From an uncultured Thiomicrospira sp. (GTDB taxonomy: Bacteria > Pseudomonadota > Gammaproteobacteria > CAKMZV01): a stretch of 64,000 bases of DNA. The stretch is taken from NCBI GenBank assembly GCA_965195345.1, contig OZ239628.1:1472001-1536000 (forward strand), written 5' to 3'. Every line of letters starts with the position of its first letter. The first letter of the stretch is position 1. This document shows positions 50,163 through 60,404 of the stretch, piece by piece. Under the pieces are notes generated by a model that saw nothing but the letters and a program-made list of their open reading frames with translations, was not told where the DNA came from and did no database searches. The position numbers and the translations under genes were made by a program.

Positions 50163-51449
50163 CTATACTAACAATGAAACAATAACAGGAGTGCCCAAAT
50201 TTTCTGGAAGCTCTAATTCGCACTCTTTCCTATTCTCTTGAAACTTCTCCCACCATTGCACAACACCTGTTAAATCAGAATCAACCTGTGATCGCATGTA
50301 TAAAAAATCATATGCTGCACGGAAATTTTTTGTGCGACTTAGGCTTCTTATGCTCTTGTGCTTAAAACGTGTGAAGCGTAATTGCGCAAACCACATATCT
50401 TGTATAACTATAATATAGCGTCTTGGAATTCGCATTCTTTGATTTTGTGCCATCAACACTTCGGAAGATGCTTTTTGCATTTTTAACGTCGCATTTCTTC
50501 CAGCCAGTTTGTTGAATTCACGCACGACCAAAGGCCACAAAAACACGGCTAAAATAAATGCTGGATTTAAAAATTTCCCTTCTGATACACGGTTATCGGA
50601 ATTAGTCAGTGCAATATTTACCAAGTCACTCATCGCTTGATTTCTCTCTGTCGCCTCTTGCACTTGAGGCAAAAAATAATCTAACAAGCGATACTTTGTG
50701 AGTTTTTCATAGCTCTTAACTGCGTGTCCTTTTTGAAAAAGCTTTAGTGATTCGTCAAATAACCTTGCGGGCGGTAAGTCGTTTATTAACTGCTTATGCA
50801 GGCTCATTTCATGCAGCAAAGCTTTATCCATTTCTACTGCAAGTTTTGCTTCAAATCTTACTGCCCTTAATAGGCGCATAGGATCCTCAATGACGCGTTC
50901 TGCAACCTCACCAATCAAACGCAGTTGATTGTTTGCTAAGTCTTCCAACCCCCCAGAATAATCAATGATAGTATTGTTATTGTTGTCATAATACAACGCA
51001 TTCACTGAAAAATCCCTACGCCAAACATCGTGAACCAATTCAGTGCCAAAGATATTGTCACTTTGAATTTTTCCTTTATGATCAATGATTCGCTCGCTCT
51101 CAATATCTGTGATGCCTTCTTGGTGACTGTCAGCGCGCAAAGTGGAAACCTCTATTACCCCATCAGACGTATAAATATGAACCAATCTAAAACGCTTTCC
51201 AATGATGATGGCTTTTCGACGGAAAATTTGTTTAATTTGATTAGGTGTCCCTGAGGTGACAATATCATAGTCCTTGGGATCTGCTCCAAGCACCAAATCA
51301 CGCAAACAACCTCCCACCAGCCATGCTGAAAAGCCAGCAGACTCTATTCTATCCAATGTTTTAATGACTGATTTTGGGAAAACAGATGGTTTTATACCAA
51401 ATTTTGAAGCATCAATGATTTGAGACGATTTTGTTTTTTTTGAACTCAT
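50163..51449 (-). CDS. pcnB: poly(A) polymerase I
   Basis: LVGGCLRDL, PKDYD, IGKRFRLVH, RRDFSVNAL, FRAAYDFL. Confidence 0.95.
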   Translation of the reverse strand: MSSKKTKSSQIIDASKFGIKPSVFPKSVIKTLDRIESAGFSAWLVGGCLRDLVLGADPKDYDIVTSGTPNQIKQIFRRKAIIIGKRFRLVHIYTSDGVIEVSTLRADSHQEGITDIESERIIDHKGKIQSDNIFGTELVHDVWRRDFSVNALYYDNNNNTIIDYSGGLEDLANNQLRLIGEVAERVIEDPMRLLRAVRFEAKLAVEMDKALLHEMSLHKQLINDLPPARLFDESLKLFQKGHAVKSYEKLTKYRLLDYFLPQVQEATERNQAMSDLVNIALTNSDNRVSEGKFLNPAFILAVFLWPLVVREFNKLAGRNATLKMQKASSEVLMAQNQRMRIPRRYIIVIQDMWFAQLRFTRFKHKSIRSLSRTKNFRAAYDFLYMRSQVDSDLTGVVQWWEKFQENRKECELELPENLGTPVIVSLLV

Positions 51450-51651
51450 TGCTTTATAGATTTAATAATAAATGAGGTTATAATCTCACTCATGCTTATT
51501 ACATTCCTCAAGCCTCTATTTTAAGAATAGAGACTGACCAATCAGATAAGAGGTACTACCTCTAAACTGATCTAAACTGAAATGAGATAATCAATCCAAC
51601 TGAATGGGGCTGTATTTTACCCTCTTTTTACTGACTAATCACAGCAATAAG

Positions 51652-51933
51652 ATGCCGCAAAAAAAAAGTTATCCACCAACTAATTTAAATGACATAGCGA
51701 CGTTGACGGAACAATGCGTTTCAACCTTCCTCAATAGCTCTGAACTAGAAAATACTTGCCCAAACAAACTATACAATATGGTTTTGCATCCTTTGGAATT
51801 AGCCGTTATTCGTTCTGTACTTACCCACACTAAAGGTAACCAGATAGCTTCTGCTAATATTCTTGGTATAAATAGAGATACCCTTCGAGCAAAAATGAAA
51901 AAACATATGCTAAATAAAGAGAGTTTTCATTGA
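51652..51933 (+). CDS. fis: Fis DNA-binding protein
   Basis: LYNMVL...E...GNQIASANILGINRDTLRAKMK HTH; start 51652 preferred over 51604. Confidence 0.85.
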   Translation: MPQKKSYPPTNLNDIATLTEQCVSTFLNSSELENTCPNKLYNMVLHPLELAVIRSVLTHTKGNQIASANILGINRDTLRAKMKKHMLNKESFH

Positions 51934-53468
51934 CCCCTATTATTAAACGCGCACTAATTAGCGTTGCCGACAAAACCAATCTTGAAAGCCTTGCAACTGC
52001 TCTGGTTAAAAATAATGTGGAGATTGTTTCAACGGGCGGCAGTGCTGCATTTATCAAAAATTTAGGCCTCCCTGTCACTAATGTGAGTGACTATACTGGG
52101 TTTCCTGAAATAATGGATGGACGAGTAAAAACTTTACATCCGAAAATCCATGCCGCCATACTATCTCGTAACGGGATAGACGAGAGCGTATTAGATGAAC
52201 ATGACATCAAACTTATCGATTTAGTCATCGTTAATCTCTACCCGTTTCAAGAGACCATTGCTAAAGAAAACTGCACGTACCAAGATGCTGTAGAGAATAT
52301 TGATGTTGGGGGTCCTTGCATGATTCGAAGTGCCGCTAAAAATCATAGTCGAGTAAGCGTCGTAGTTTCTCCTGATGATTACTCTGAAGTTATAAATGCC
52401 CTTCCAAACGGTTTTGACTACTCTACAAGAAAACAGCTGGCAGCGAAAGCATTCCATCATACCGCTCATTATGATACACATATTGCCACTTATTTTGATG
52501 ATGAGCATGATACTTTCCCTAGTGCACTTTCTATAACGGCACCGCTTGAGCAAAAATTACGTTACGGCGAAAACCCTCACCAAATGGCCGCGCTCTATAA
52601 ACAGAAAAAATTAGACGAAGCAACCGTGGTACATGCTAAACAGCACCAAGGTAAAAAACTTTCATTCAATAACTTAGTAGATGCTGATGCAGCGCTTACT
52701 TGCGCTAAATCTTTTTCTGAACCTGTTTGCGTCATCGTGAAGCACGCCAATCCATGTGGAGTTGCTCAGTCTAACGACATAGAAAGCGCGTATGAAAAAG
52801 CATATTCGACTGATCCTACTTCCGCCTTTGGAGGCGTTATTGCTTTTAATCGCAATGTTGACGCTTCTTTGGCACAAACCATAATAGATCGCCAATTTGC
52901 TGAAGTCGTTATTGCCCCACATTTCGATAGCGAAGCACTTTCTGTCTTTAGCAACAAGGATAACATTCGAATTCTTGAATGCACAGGGACTTTCAACAAT
53001 CTGTCAACGACCATGCAAGTTACCCAAATAAGCGGTGGATTACTTCTTCAAGAATCGGATTCACTCGACTTTAATACTTGGCAAGTCGTCACAAAAACCA
53101 CTCCCTGTGAACAAACTCAAAAGGATTTACATTTTGCTTGGAAAGTTGCAAAATCAGTGAAATCAAACGCTATAGTTTATGCTCAAGGCGAACAAACCAT
53201 AGGCATTGGAGCAGGTCAAATGAGTCGTGTTTATTCAGCTCGTATTGCTCTCATAAAGGCACAAGAAGAAGGACTAAGCGTATCAGGGTCTGTGATGGCT
53301 TCAGATGCTTTTTTCCCTTTCAGTGATGCTATTGAAGCCGCGCATAATGCTGGGATTCGTAGTGTTATTCAACCTGGGGGTTCTATTCGTGATAATGAAA
53401 TTATTGCAACAGCAAATAAATACGACATTTCCATGGTGTTTACTAGCATGCGTCATTTCAAGCACTAA
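51930..53468 (+). CDS. purH: bifunctional AICAR transformylase/IMP cyclohydrolase
   Basis: RALISV, GRVKTLHP, IDVGGP, LRYGENPHQ, SDAFFPF, RHFKH. Confidence 0.98.
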   Translation: MTPIIKRALISVADKTNLESLATALVKNNVEIVSTGGSAAFIKNLGLPVTNVSDYTGFPEIMDGRVKTLHPKIHAAILSRNGIDESVLDEHDIKLIDLVIVNLYPFQETIAKENCTYQDAVENIDVGGPCMIRSAAKNHSRVSVVVSPDDYSEVINALPNGFDYSTRKQLAAKAFHHTAHYDTHIATYFDDEHDTFPSALSITAPLEQKLRYGENPHQMAALYKQKKLDEATVVHAKQHQGKKLSFNNLVDADAALTCAKSFSEPVCVIVKHANPCGVAQSNDIESAYEKAYSTDPTSAFGGVIAFNRNVDASLAQTIIDRQFAEVVIAPHFDSEALSVFSNKDNIRILECTGTFNNLSTTMQVTQISGGLLLQESDSLDFNTWQVVTKTTPCEQTQKDLHFAWKVAKSVKSNAIVYAQGEQTIGIGAGQMSRVYSARIALIKAQEEGLSVSGSVMASDAFFPFSDAIEAAHNAGIRSVIQPGGSIRDNEIIATANKYDISMVFTSMRHFKH

Positions 53469-53542
53469 CATCCACTGCATCAACCCCATCAATCAACTTC
53501 ACGGTTCAATGTGCATCTAAGTAACATTTTTAAATCAAGTAT

Positions 53543-53845
53543 TTATGATCCAGCAGAACACCTTGAAGATAAAGGATATTTTCCAACATCTTCCCATTCT
53601 TCTTTTGTATACGTGTGCAACTGTAAAGCATGAATAGTTGCAACTTCTTGGTTGAGTATTCTATAAATTCTTTGATGCCGTTTCACTAATGAAACATCCT
53701 TAAAATGATCACTCACTATTATTACTTTATAGTGCGTTTGATCCCCTTCTCTCCTATGCAAATAACTATCGTTTTGAACCTCCAATAGCGAGGGGTTTAT
53801 TGCATCCTTTAACTTCACTTTAATCGTTGCAAGAATACTGTCCAT
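53543..53845 (-). CDS. bolA: BolA family protein
   Basis: THYKVIIVS..F...LVKRHQ.IY...IHALQLHTYT. Confidence 0.9.
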   Translation of the reverse strand: MDSILATIKVKLKDAINPSLLEVQNDSYLHRREGDQTHYKVIIVSDHFKDVSLVKRHQRIYRILNQEVATIHALQLHTYTKEEWEDVGKYPLSSRCSAGS

Positions 53846-53864
53846 AGGTACTACTAACTCTTAC

Positions 53865-54326
53865 TTAATATTCAACAACTTCTCGAATAATATCATCGAG
53901 TAGCTCATTAACTTCTGGAGGATTGCCTCTTTGATATCCAAAATATATTGTCCCCTGCTTTTCTTTTAATTCATAGACTGAAATACCATAAGGACAACTG
54001 GAAATAGCGTGTGGGTTTTTGCTTGTTAATTCATGAGACAATCCGACTTTGCAAAAAAGATGAATACGAGCGTGCTTATACACCGTTTTTTCAACCCCAG
54101 AAACCTCAAGAGTCCGGTTAAGAAACTCACTAGCGTATGATGTATATGTTACAACCAGTCCTCTATCCTCCAGTACTTCTTGCAGCAAATCATTGCTTTC
54201 CGCCCAATCGCCTTCTAATGAGTAATAAACACTCCAAATATCCTTTTCTATCTGAACAGCAGCGGCAGACGTAAAAAACATCCACGATAAAATCGCAAGT
54301 ATCGTCATCTGATTTGCATATCTCAT
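53865..54326 (-). CDS. DUF302-like periplasmic protein
   Basis: Signal peptide; LFC and CPYGISVYE motifs. Confidence 0.7.
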   Translation of the reverse strand: MRYANQMTILAILSWMFFTSAAAVQIEKDIWSVYYSLEGDWAESNDLLQEVLEDRGLVVTYTSYASEFLNRTLEVSGVEKTVYKHARIHLFCKVGLSHELTSKNPHAISSCPYGISVYELKEKQGTIYFGYQRGNPPEVNELLDDIIREVVEY

Positions 54327-54449
54327 GCAGAGTATTCTATCAAGTGCCGTATAATAAAAAGATAGTTTGTGACATTAAAAAAAACTTAATAATATTACGA
54401 GAAGACAAACGATAAATCAAACAAATCTTTTAGCCAAAAAAAACCTGAA

Positions 54450-55826
54450 ATGAAATTTAGAATTGAAAAAGACAGTATGGGTGAACTACAAGTTCCAGAA
54501 AACGCACTTTGGGGAGCGCAAACTCAAAGAGCAGTAGAAAATTTCCCAATAAGTCAACAACCAATGCCTCAATCCTTTATAGAGGCTCTTGCACTCGTCA
54601 AACTAGCCTGTGTTCGAACCAATCACAGTCTTAATCTCATTGATGAAGATATGCTAAATGCAATCGAAGCTTCAGCCCGAAGCGTTATCGATGGAGAGCA
54701 CACTGATCAATTCCCTGTTGACATCTATCAAACAGGATCAGGCACCAGCACCAACATGAATATGAACGAAGTGCTTGCCTCACTATCTACTAAAAGGTTA
54801 GGGAAAGAAGTACATCCTAATGATCACATCAATATGGGGCAAAGTTCCAACGACACCATTCCAACTACTCTCCAGGTTTCTGCTTGCTTACAAATACATG
54901 AGAAATTATTGCCTGCATTAGCATATCTTAAGGAGACCATCGAAAAACGTGCTGTAGAGCTTAAACATATCGTGAAGACGGGTCGCACGCATTTGATGGA
55001 TGCTATGCCCTTAACTATGGAACAAGAGTTGAATGCATGGGCGCATCAATTGGCCCAAGCTCAGAGTCGAATTAACCATTCACTCACCAGACTTTCTTCA
55101 TTACCTCAAGGCGGAACTGCCATAGGAACAGGCATTAATTCACATCCTGAATTCCCTTCACGTTTTTGCGCAGCCCTAAGCCAAATTACGCAATATTCTT
55201 TCAAACCGAATGATATTTTATTCACTGGAATAGGCTCTCAAGACAATGCTGCAGAAATGAGTGGGCAATTGAAAACTCTTGCAATTGCTTTGACTAAAAT
55301 TTCCAACGATCTTCGTTGGATGAATAGCGGCCCTCTGGCTGGACTTGGAGAGATTTCTCTGCCATCTCTTCAACCAGGAAGCTCAATTATGCCTGGCAAA
55401 GTAAACCCAGTCATCCCAGAAGCAACAGCAATGGTCTGTGCTCAAGTTATAGGTAACGATACCGCCATTACTATAGGTACTCAAAGTGGCAATTTTCAAC
55501 TCAATGTTATGTTGCCTATGATTGCCCAAAACTTGCTTTCTAGCATCAAGCTTCTTAGTAATGCAATGGAAAAACTTGCTGATAAAGCAATTGCTGGTTT
55601 TACGGTAAATCAAGAAAAAATTGATGTAGCATTGTCTGCCAACCCTATCTTAGTAACAGCGCTTAATGGCGTTATTGGTTATGAGAAAGGAGCAGCCATT
55701 GCAAAATTAGCATACTCAACGGGTAAGCCAATTCTTGAAGTTGCAAAAATGGAAACGGACCTTGACGAAGAACAGTTGAAATCTTTATTAAACCCTGCGA
55801 AGCTCACAGAACCTCAACAAGATTAG
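54450..55826 (+). CDS. fumC: class II fumarate hydratase
   Basis: QTGSGT, GRTHLMDA, GSSIMPGKVNP. Confidence 0.97.
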   Translation: MKFRIEKDSMGELQVPENALWGAQTQRAVENFPISQQPMPQSFIEALALVKLACVRTNHSLNLIDEDMLNAIEASARSVIDGEHTDQFPVDIYQTGSGTSTNMNMNEVLASLSTKRLGKEVHPNDHINMGQSSNDTIPTTLQVSACLQIHEKLLPALAYLKETIEKRAVELKHIVKTGRTHLMDAMPLTMEQELNAWAHQLAQAQSRINHSLTRLSSLPQGGTAIGTGINSHPEFPSRFCAALSQITQYSFKPNDILFTGIGSQDNAAEMSGQLKTLAIALTKISNDLRWMNSGPLAGLGEISLPSLQPGSSIMPGKVNPVIPEATAMVCAQVIGNDTAITIGTQSGNFQLNVMLPMIAQNLLSSIKLLSNAMEKLADKAIAGFTVNQEKIDVALSANPILVTALNGVIGYEKGAAIAKLAYSTGKPILEVAKMETDLDEEQLKSLLNPAKLTEPQQD

Positions 55827-55830
55827 CACT

Positions 55831-56832
55831 ATGGGCAGTTCCAAAACGACAACACTCTTTTCTCTGAACAATAAATTAGCGCTGCTTGTAAGTGCGCTGG
55901 TGTTGATTGTATTGGCTAATCAAATATCTAAAACAATTTGGATGCTGCTGTATCCTCCAACGACCACACCCATTAAATCAGATAATTTCTTAACCTCTAA
56001 AAATGAAGAAAATCAAATTGATTATTCTCTTCTCCTCGACTATCCATTATTTGGCATACCTCCAGTAAAACCTGTTGCGCCCCCTCCTCCACCACCCAAA
56101 GAAATACCAAAAGTAATTAAAAATAGACCAGTGATTGTTCTTTCAGTTATAGGAATTGTGAGTTTAGGCGATCTTTTCCTGGCAATCATTCGTTCCGGTG
56201 GCGTTGAAGAAACTTATTCAGTTGGTCAATATATAGGGCATTTAAAAATCGTCAATATAACAAGAGACAGCGTGATATTTGATGATGAAGGCCAAGAAGC
56301 CATAGCTTATTTGAATCAAGAAAACGTAGAGTTTGGCGGAGGTACTGAAGAAATAGTAGAGGTAATCGACCCAGCTAACTCAAATCGCACAACGAAAAAA
56401 ACCATTATAAAAAAAGCGAATGCGAAATCTGCAGCCCCTGTTACTGAAAAAGTTTTTCGAGGTAAACCTGTTCCTGTAGCAAAAGAAATAAAAGTTACCA
56501 ATTCGCAAAAAGAACAACTCAAATCCTTTAAAAAAACATTGGCAACCAATCCTCTGCAAATGCTTGGAAAAGTTAATACGGTGCCTTATAGGCAGAGCGG
56601 GCGGATTGTTGGATTTCAAGTCTCTCCTGGAAGTGAAAAAGAACTCTTCTTTGCACTACAACTACAGCCAGGTGACGTGATTACCCAGATTAATGGCATT
56701 GACCTTTCAACGGTTAATAACTTTACTACGGGCATGGCTCTCATGAATCAATTAAGCAAACAAAATACTTTAAGCATGATTGTGGAAAGACGAGGTGCTA
56801 ATGAAAATATTTTTGTTGACTTTAGAAATTGA
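55831..56832 (+). CDS. gspC: type II secretion system protein C
   Basis: N-terminal TM, Pro-rich linker, HR domain, C-terminal PDZ (LQPGDVITQING); precedes gspD. Confidence 0.85.
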   Translation: MGSSKTTTLFSLNNKLALLVSALVLIVLANQISKTIWMLLYPPTTTPIKSDNFLTSKNEENQIDYSLLLDYPLFGIPPVKPVAPPPPPPKEIPKVIKNRPVIVLSVIGIVSLGDLFLAIIRSGGVEETYSVGQYIGHLKIVNITRDSVIFDDEGQEAIAYLNQENVEFGGGTEEIVEVIDPANSNRTTKKTIIKKANAKSAAPVTEKVFRGKPVPVAKEIKVTNSQKEQLKSFKKTLATNPLQMLGKVNTVPYRQSGRIVGFQVSPGSEKELFFALQLQPGDVITQINGIDLSTVNNFTTGMALMNQLSKQNTLSMIVERRGANENIFVDFRN

Positions 56833-56888
56833 TGGATTCAAAGTAACTTAGCGTATCACCAACAACACTTCAAAGTAAAATAATTAGA

Positions 56889-58910
56889 ATGAAAACAATG
56901 ATTTATTCAAGGCTGCAAAAACATCTGATCGCATCAATGCTTTCTATGACTATGGCTTTTCCTTATTTCTCAGTACTCAGTTTCATCCCTACTCAGGCTT
57001 CAGCTGCAACACTTAACTTAAAGAATGCCAACATTAGATCTTTAATAAGTACCGTTGCTCAAGCTACTAAGAAAAATTTCATTATTGATCCGCGCGTCAA
57101 TGGAAATGTTACAGTTTTAATTTCTGAAGATTTATCGCCAGATGCACTCTATCAAGTGTTTTTGTCCATTTTATCAGTCCATGGCTTTGTAGCAGTTGAT
57201 GGTGAACATGTCACAAAAATATTACCAGCCAGCCAAAGCAAAAGCGCTAGCAATTACCCTTCAAGTAAATATCCAGAAGAGCTAACGACAACTGTAATCC
57301 CTATCCAATATATAAATGCTCAACAAATAATTCCAGTTCTGAGACCCTTCGTCCCCCCTACCTCATTTTTAAGTGTGTATGCGCCGACGAATGTATTAAT
57401 TGTTCACGATACACTGGCAAATTTGCATCGACTACGCAAACTTATTAAAAAAATTGATAAGCCTTTAAGCGTTAACTTTGAAATCATTCAACTGAACCAT
57501 GCCAGTGCTTCTGAAATGGCAAAAATTATTCAAAATTTCGTTGCAAAGGCAAAAACCGACCCAAATTCTAAAGAAGTAAAAGTTGCTGCTGATAGTCGAA
57601 CAAATCGCCTGATAATAAATGCGGATGATGAGCAGCGTTTAAAAATTCGTGCTTTAGTCGCTGATTTGGATATTGCTGAAGCGCAAGGTAATACACATGT
57701 CGTCTATTTGCGCTATGCAGATGCAAAATTAATACTTCCGATACTCCAAGGTGTTTCAGGCACTCAATCTCAATCGGCTGGTGCAAAGGGCGCTCCAGCA
57801 GGATCCACAGCCATTAATCTGCAAGCAGATGACGCAACAAACTCTATCATAATTACCGCCTCTCAAGACAATGTCAATCAAGTCAATGCTTTGAAAAGTG
57901 TTATTCGGCGCCTTGACATTCGTAGAGCACAAGTACTTATTGAAGCCATCATTGCTGAGGTAAGCACAGACGTTTCTGAGGAACTGGGTGTTCAACTTGT
58001 ATCCAACACCGATTCTGCTGTAGGAATAATTAACTTTAACAATCAAATACCAAGCCTTGCTGCCGCTGTTTCCGCTGGAACAGCCCCTTCTATTCCTTTA
58101 GGTTCGTCAGTATTGGTTGGTCAAGTGACTGACCGTAATTCCTTACAAGGATTTGGTGGCATACTCAACTATCTCAGTAGTAACGGGAATGCCAATATTC
58201 TGTCAACGCCTGTATTAGTAACTTTAGATAACCAAGAAGCAAGCATTCTTGTTGGTCAAGAAGTTCCTTTTATTAGCAACACGCAACTTTCTGCAAGTAA
58301 CACTAATCCATTTCAAAATTTTGAACGTAGAGACGTAGGTATCACGCTTAAGGTTAAACCACAAATCAATGAAGGCGATACTATTCAATTGGAAATAGAA
58401 CAAGAAATTTCAAGTGTTGTCCCATCAGCAAGGACTGTTGACACAGTCACTTCAAAACGTACTATTAAAACAACCGTTTTAGTCGAAGACGGGAGAACTC
58501 TTGTTCTTGGTGGATTAATTGATGAACAAGAAAATGAAACTAGACAGAAAGTACCCTTCTTAGGCGATATTCCTCTTATTGGTTTTCTCTTTCGTTTTGA
58601 TTCAGAATCAACGGCCAAAAGGAATTTGATGATTTTCATAAAACCTTCAATCTTACGTAATGCGTTAGACGTTGATCAAGCAACTTTTGGAAAATACAAT
58701 CTCATACGTTCTCAACAATTGAGAATGCGTGACGAAGGATCTCTTAAGAGTTCAGGACGCCCATTACTAAATCCTTTAAATGAAGAAGAAACAACAGAAA
58801 AAGGACCTATTGCACCAAATAAACCAACGCTTACGTCAGCTAAAGATAAATTTTTTGACAAACACAAAGATACATTCCCTTCCCTTCCCAGCAATCATAA
58901 TAGACGCTAA
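56889..58910 (+). CDS. gspD: type II secretion secretin D
   Basis: NFIIDPRV, LDIRRAQVLIEA, STP...LDNQEA, KVPFLGDIP. Confidence 0.96.
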   Translation: MKTMIYSRLQKHLIASMLSMTMAFPYFSVLSFIPTQASAATLNLKNANIRSLISTVAQATKKNFIIDPRVNGNVTVLISEDLSPDALYQVFLSILSVHGFVAVDGEHVTKILPASQSKSASNYPSSKYPEELTTTVIPIQYINAQQIIPVLRPFVPPTSFLSVYAPTNVLIVHDTLANLHRLRKLIKKIDKPLSVNFEIIQLNHASASEMAKIIQNFVAKAKTDPNSKEVKVAADSRTNRLIINADDEQRLKIRALVADLDIAEAQGNTHVVYLRYADAKLILPILQGVSGTQSQSAGAKGAPAGSTAINLQADDATNSIIITASQDNVNQVNALKSVIRRLDIRRAQVLIEAIIAEVSTDVSEELGVQLVSNTDSAVGIINFNNQIPSLAAAVSAGTAPSIPLGSSVLVGQVTDRNSLQGFGGILNYLSSNGNANILSTPVLVTLDNQEASILVGQEVPFISNTQLSASNTNPFQNFERRDVGITLKVKPQINEGDTIQLEIEQEISSVVPSARTVDTVTSKRTIKTTVLVEDGRTLVLGGLIDEQENETRQKVPFLGDIPLIGFLFRFDSESTAKRNLMIFIKPSILRNALDVDQATFGKYNLIRSQQLRMRDEGSLKSSGRPLLNPLNEEETTEKGPIAPNKPTLTSAKDKFFDKHKDTFPSLPSNHNRR

Positions 58911-60377
58911 ATGTTGCTTACCTTTTCATTTTGTAAACGCCATCAAATAATCCCTTTGCGTAATGAATCTGGGTATGAATTGCTGCACACAAAAACTATT
59001 AGCTTAGCTGTTTTATTAGAAGCGCAACGCACCCTTTACGGTACACCGATTACATTAAAAGAAACCGATGAAGACACATTTAACAAAGCCTTACAAGAAC
59101 ATTTCTCAAATCAATCGGAACATCTTGGGGATTTAAATAAGAGTATCAATAGATCGGATGATTTCACTTCCTTAGTCGAAAGATTTGATGAACCTGAGGA
59201 CTTACTTGAAAGCGATGATGATGCTCCTATTATTCGACTGCTCAATGCCTTATTTTCTGAAGCAATTAAGTTAAATGCTTCTGACATCCACGTGGAATCC
59301 TATGAGCAACGTACACGTATTCGATTTCGAATCGATGGCGTTATGCGCGAAGTAATGGAGCCGAATCGAAAAATAGCCCCTCTAATAATATCCAGAATCA
59401 AAGTAATGGCAAAATTGGACATTGCAGAAAAAAGATTGCCACAAGATGGTCGAATCTCTCTGAAATTAGGAGGTCGCTCTGTTGACTTAAGGGTTTCAAC
59501 GTTGCCTTCGGCAAGTGGGGAGCGTGTAGTTATGCGCTTACTTGACAAACAAGCTGGGCGACTTGAATTAGAACAATTAGGTATGCCTGCCTCTGCATTG
59601 TCACAAGTCGATGATTTGATTCGAAATCCTTATGGCATCATTTTGGTTACTGGACCAACAGGCTCTGGAAAAACCACGTCTCTCTACGCATCATTGGGTC
59701 GCCTTAACGGACACGATCGAAACATAATGACTGTAGAGGATCCTATTGAATACCACATTGATGGCATCAATCAAACACAAGTAAATCCTAAAATTGACAT
59801 GACCTTTGCTCGTGGTTTACGTGCTATCTTGCGCCAAGACCCGGATGTAGTAATGATCGGGGAAATTCGAGACAGTGAAACAGCACAAATTGCTGTACAA
59901 GCATCATTAACAGGCCATTTAGTACTATCAACTTTACATACTAACTCTGCAGTTGGTGCTGTTACTCGCTTGCGCGACATGGGTACTGAGTCTTTTTTGT
60001 TATCTTCATCACTACTAGCAATCATCGCTCAAAGACTCACACGGAAATTATGTCAAAATTGCAAGGAGGAGTATACTCCAAGTGAAAGAGAACGCATGCT
60101 ACTGAACGATCCAGATTTAGAAAAATTATATCGTCCTAATGGCTGCGCACAATGCTCTAACACTGGATACAATGGTCGTATCGGTGTATATGAAATGCTG
60201 CCTGTTGATGAGACTGTTCGTAAAATGATTCATGAAGAATCACCTGAAGAGTTAATTGTTGAGTATACAAGGAAGAAAAACCCTGGATTGCGCGAAGAAG
60301 GCATACGCATAGTAAAAGAAGGGCAAACGTCTATGGAAGAGATTTTGCGCATTATACAAAATCTTGGTGATGATTGA
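58911..60377 (+). CDS. gspE: type II secretion ATPase E
   Basis: ASDIH, PQDGR, GPTGSGKTT, LRQDPD, CxxC motifs. Confidence 0.97.
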   Translation: MLLTFSFCKRHQIIPLRNESGYELLHTKTISLAVLLEAQRTLYGTPITLKETDEDTFNKALQEHFSNQSEHLGDLNKSINRSDDFTSLVERFDEPEDLLESDDDAPIIRLLNALFSEAIKLNASDIHVESYEQRTRIRFRIDGVMREVMEPNRKIAPLIISRIKVMAKLDIAEKRLPQDGRISLKLGGRSVDLRVSTLPSASGERVVMRLLDKQAGRLELEQLGMPASALSQVDDLIRNPYGIILVTGPTGSGKTTSLYASLGRLNGHDRNIMTVEDPIEYHIDGINQTQVNPKIDMTFARGLRAILRQDPDVVMIGEIRDSETAQIAVQASLTGHLVLSTLHTNSAVGAVTRLRDMGTESFLLSSSLLAIIAQRLTRKLCQNCKEEYTPSERERMLLNDPDLEKLYRPNGCAQCSNTGYNGRIGVYEMLPVDETVRKMIHEESPEELIVEYTRKKNPGLREEGIRIVKEGQTSMEEILRIIQNLGDD

Positions 60378-60404
60378 TGTCCTCTACTCTGAATAAACGC
60401 ACAC

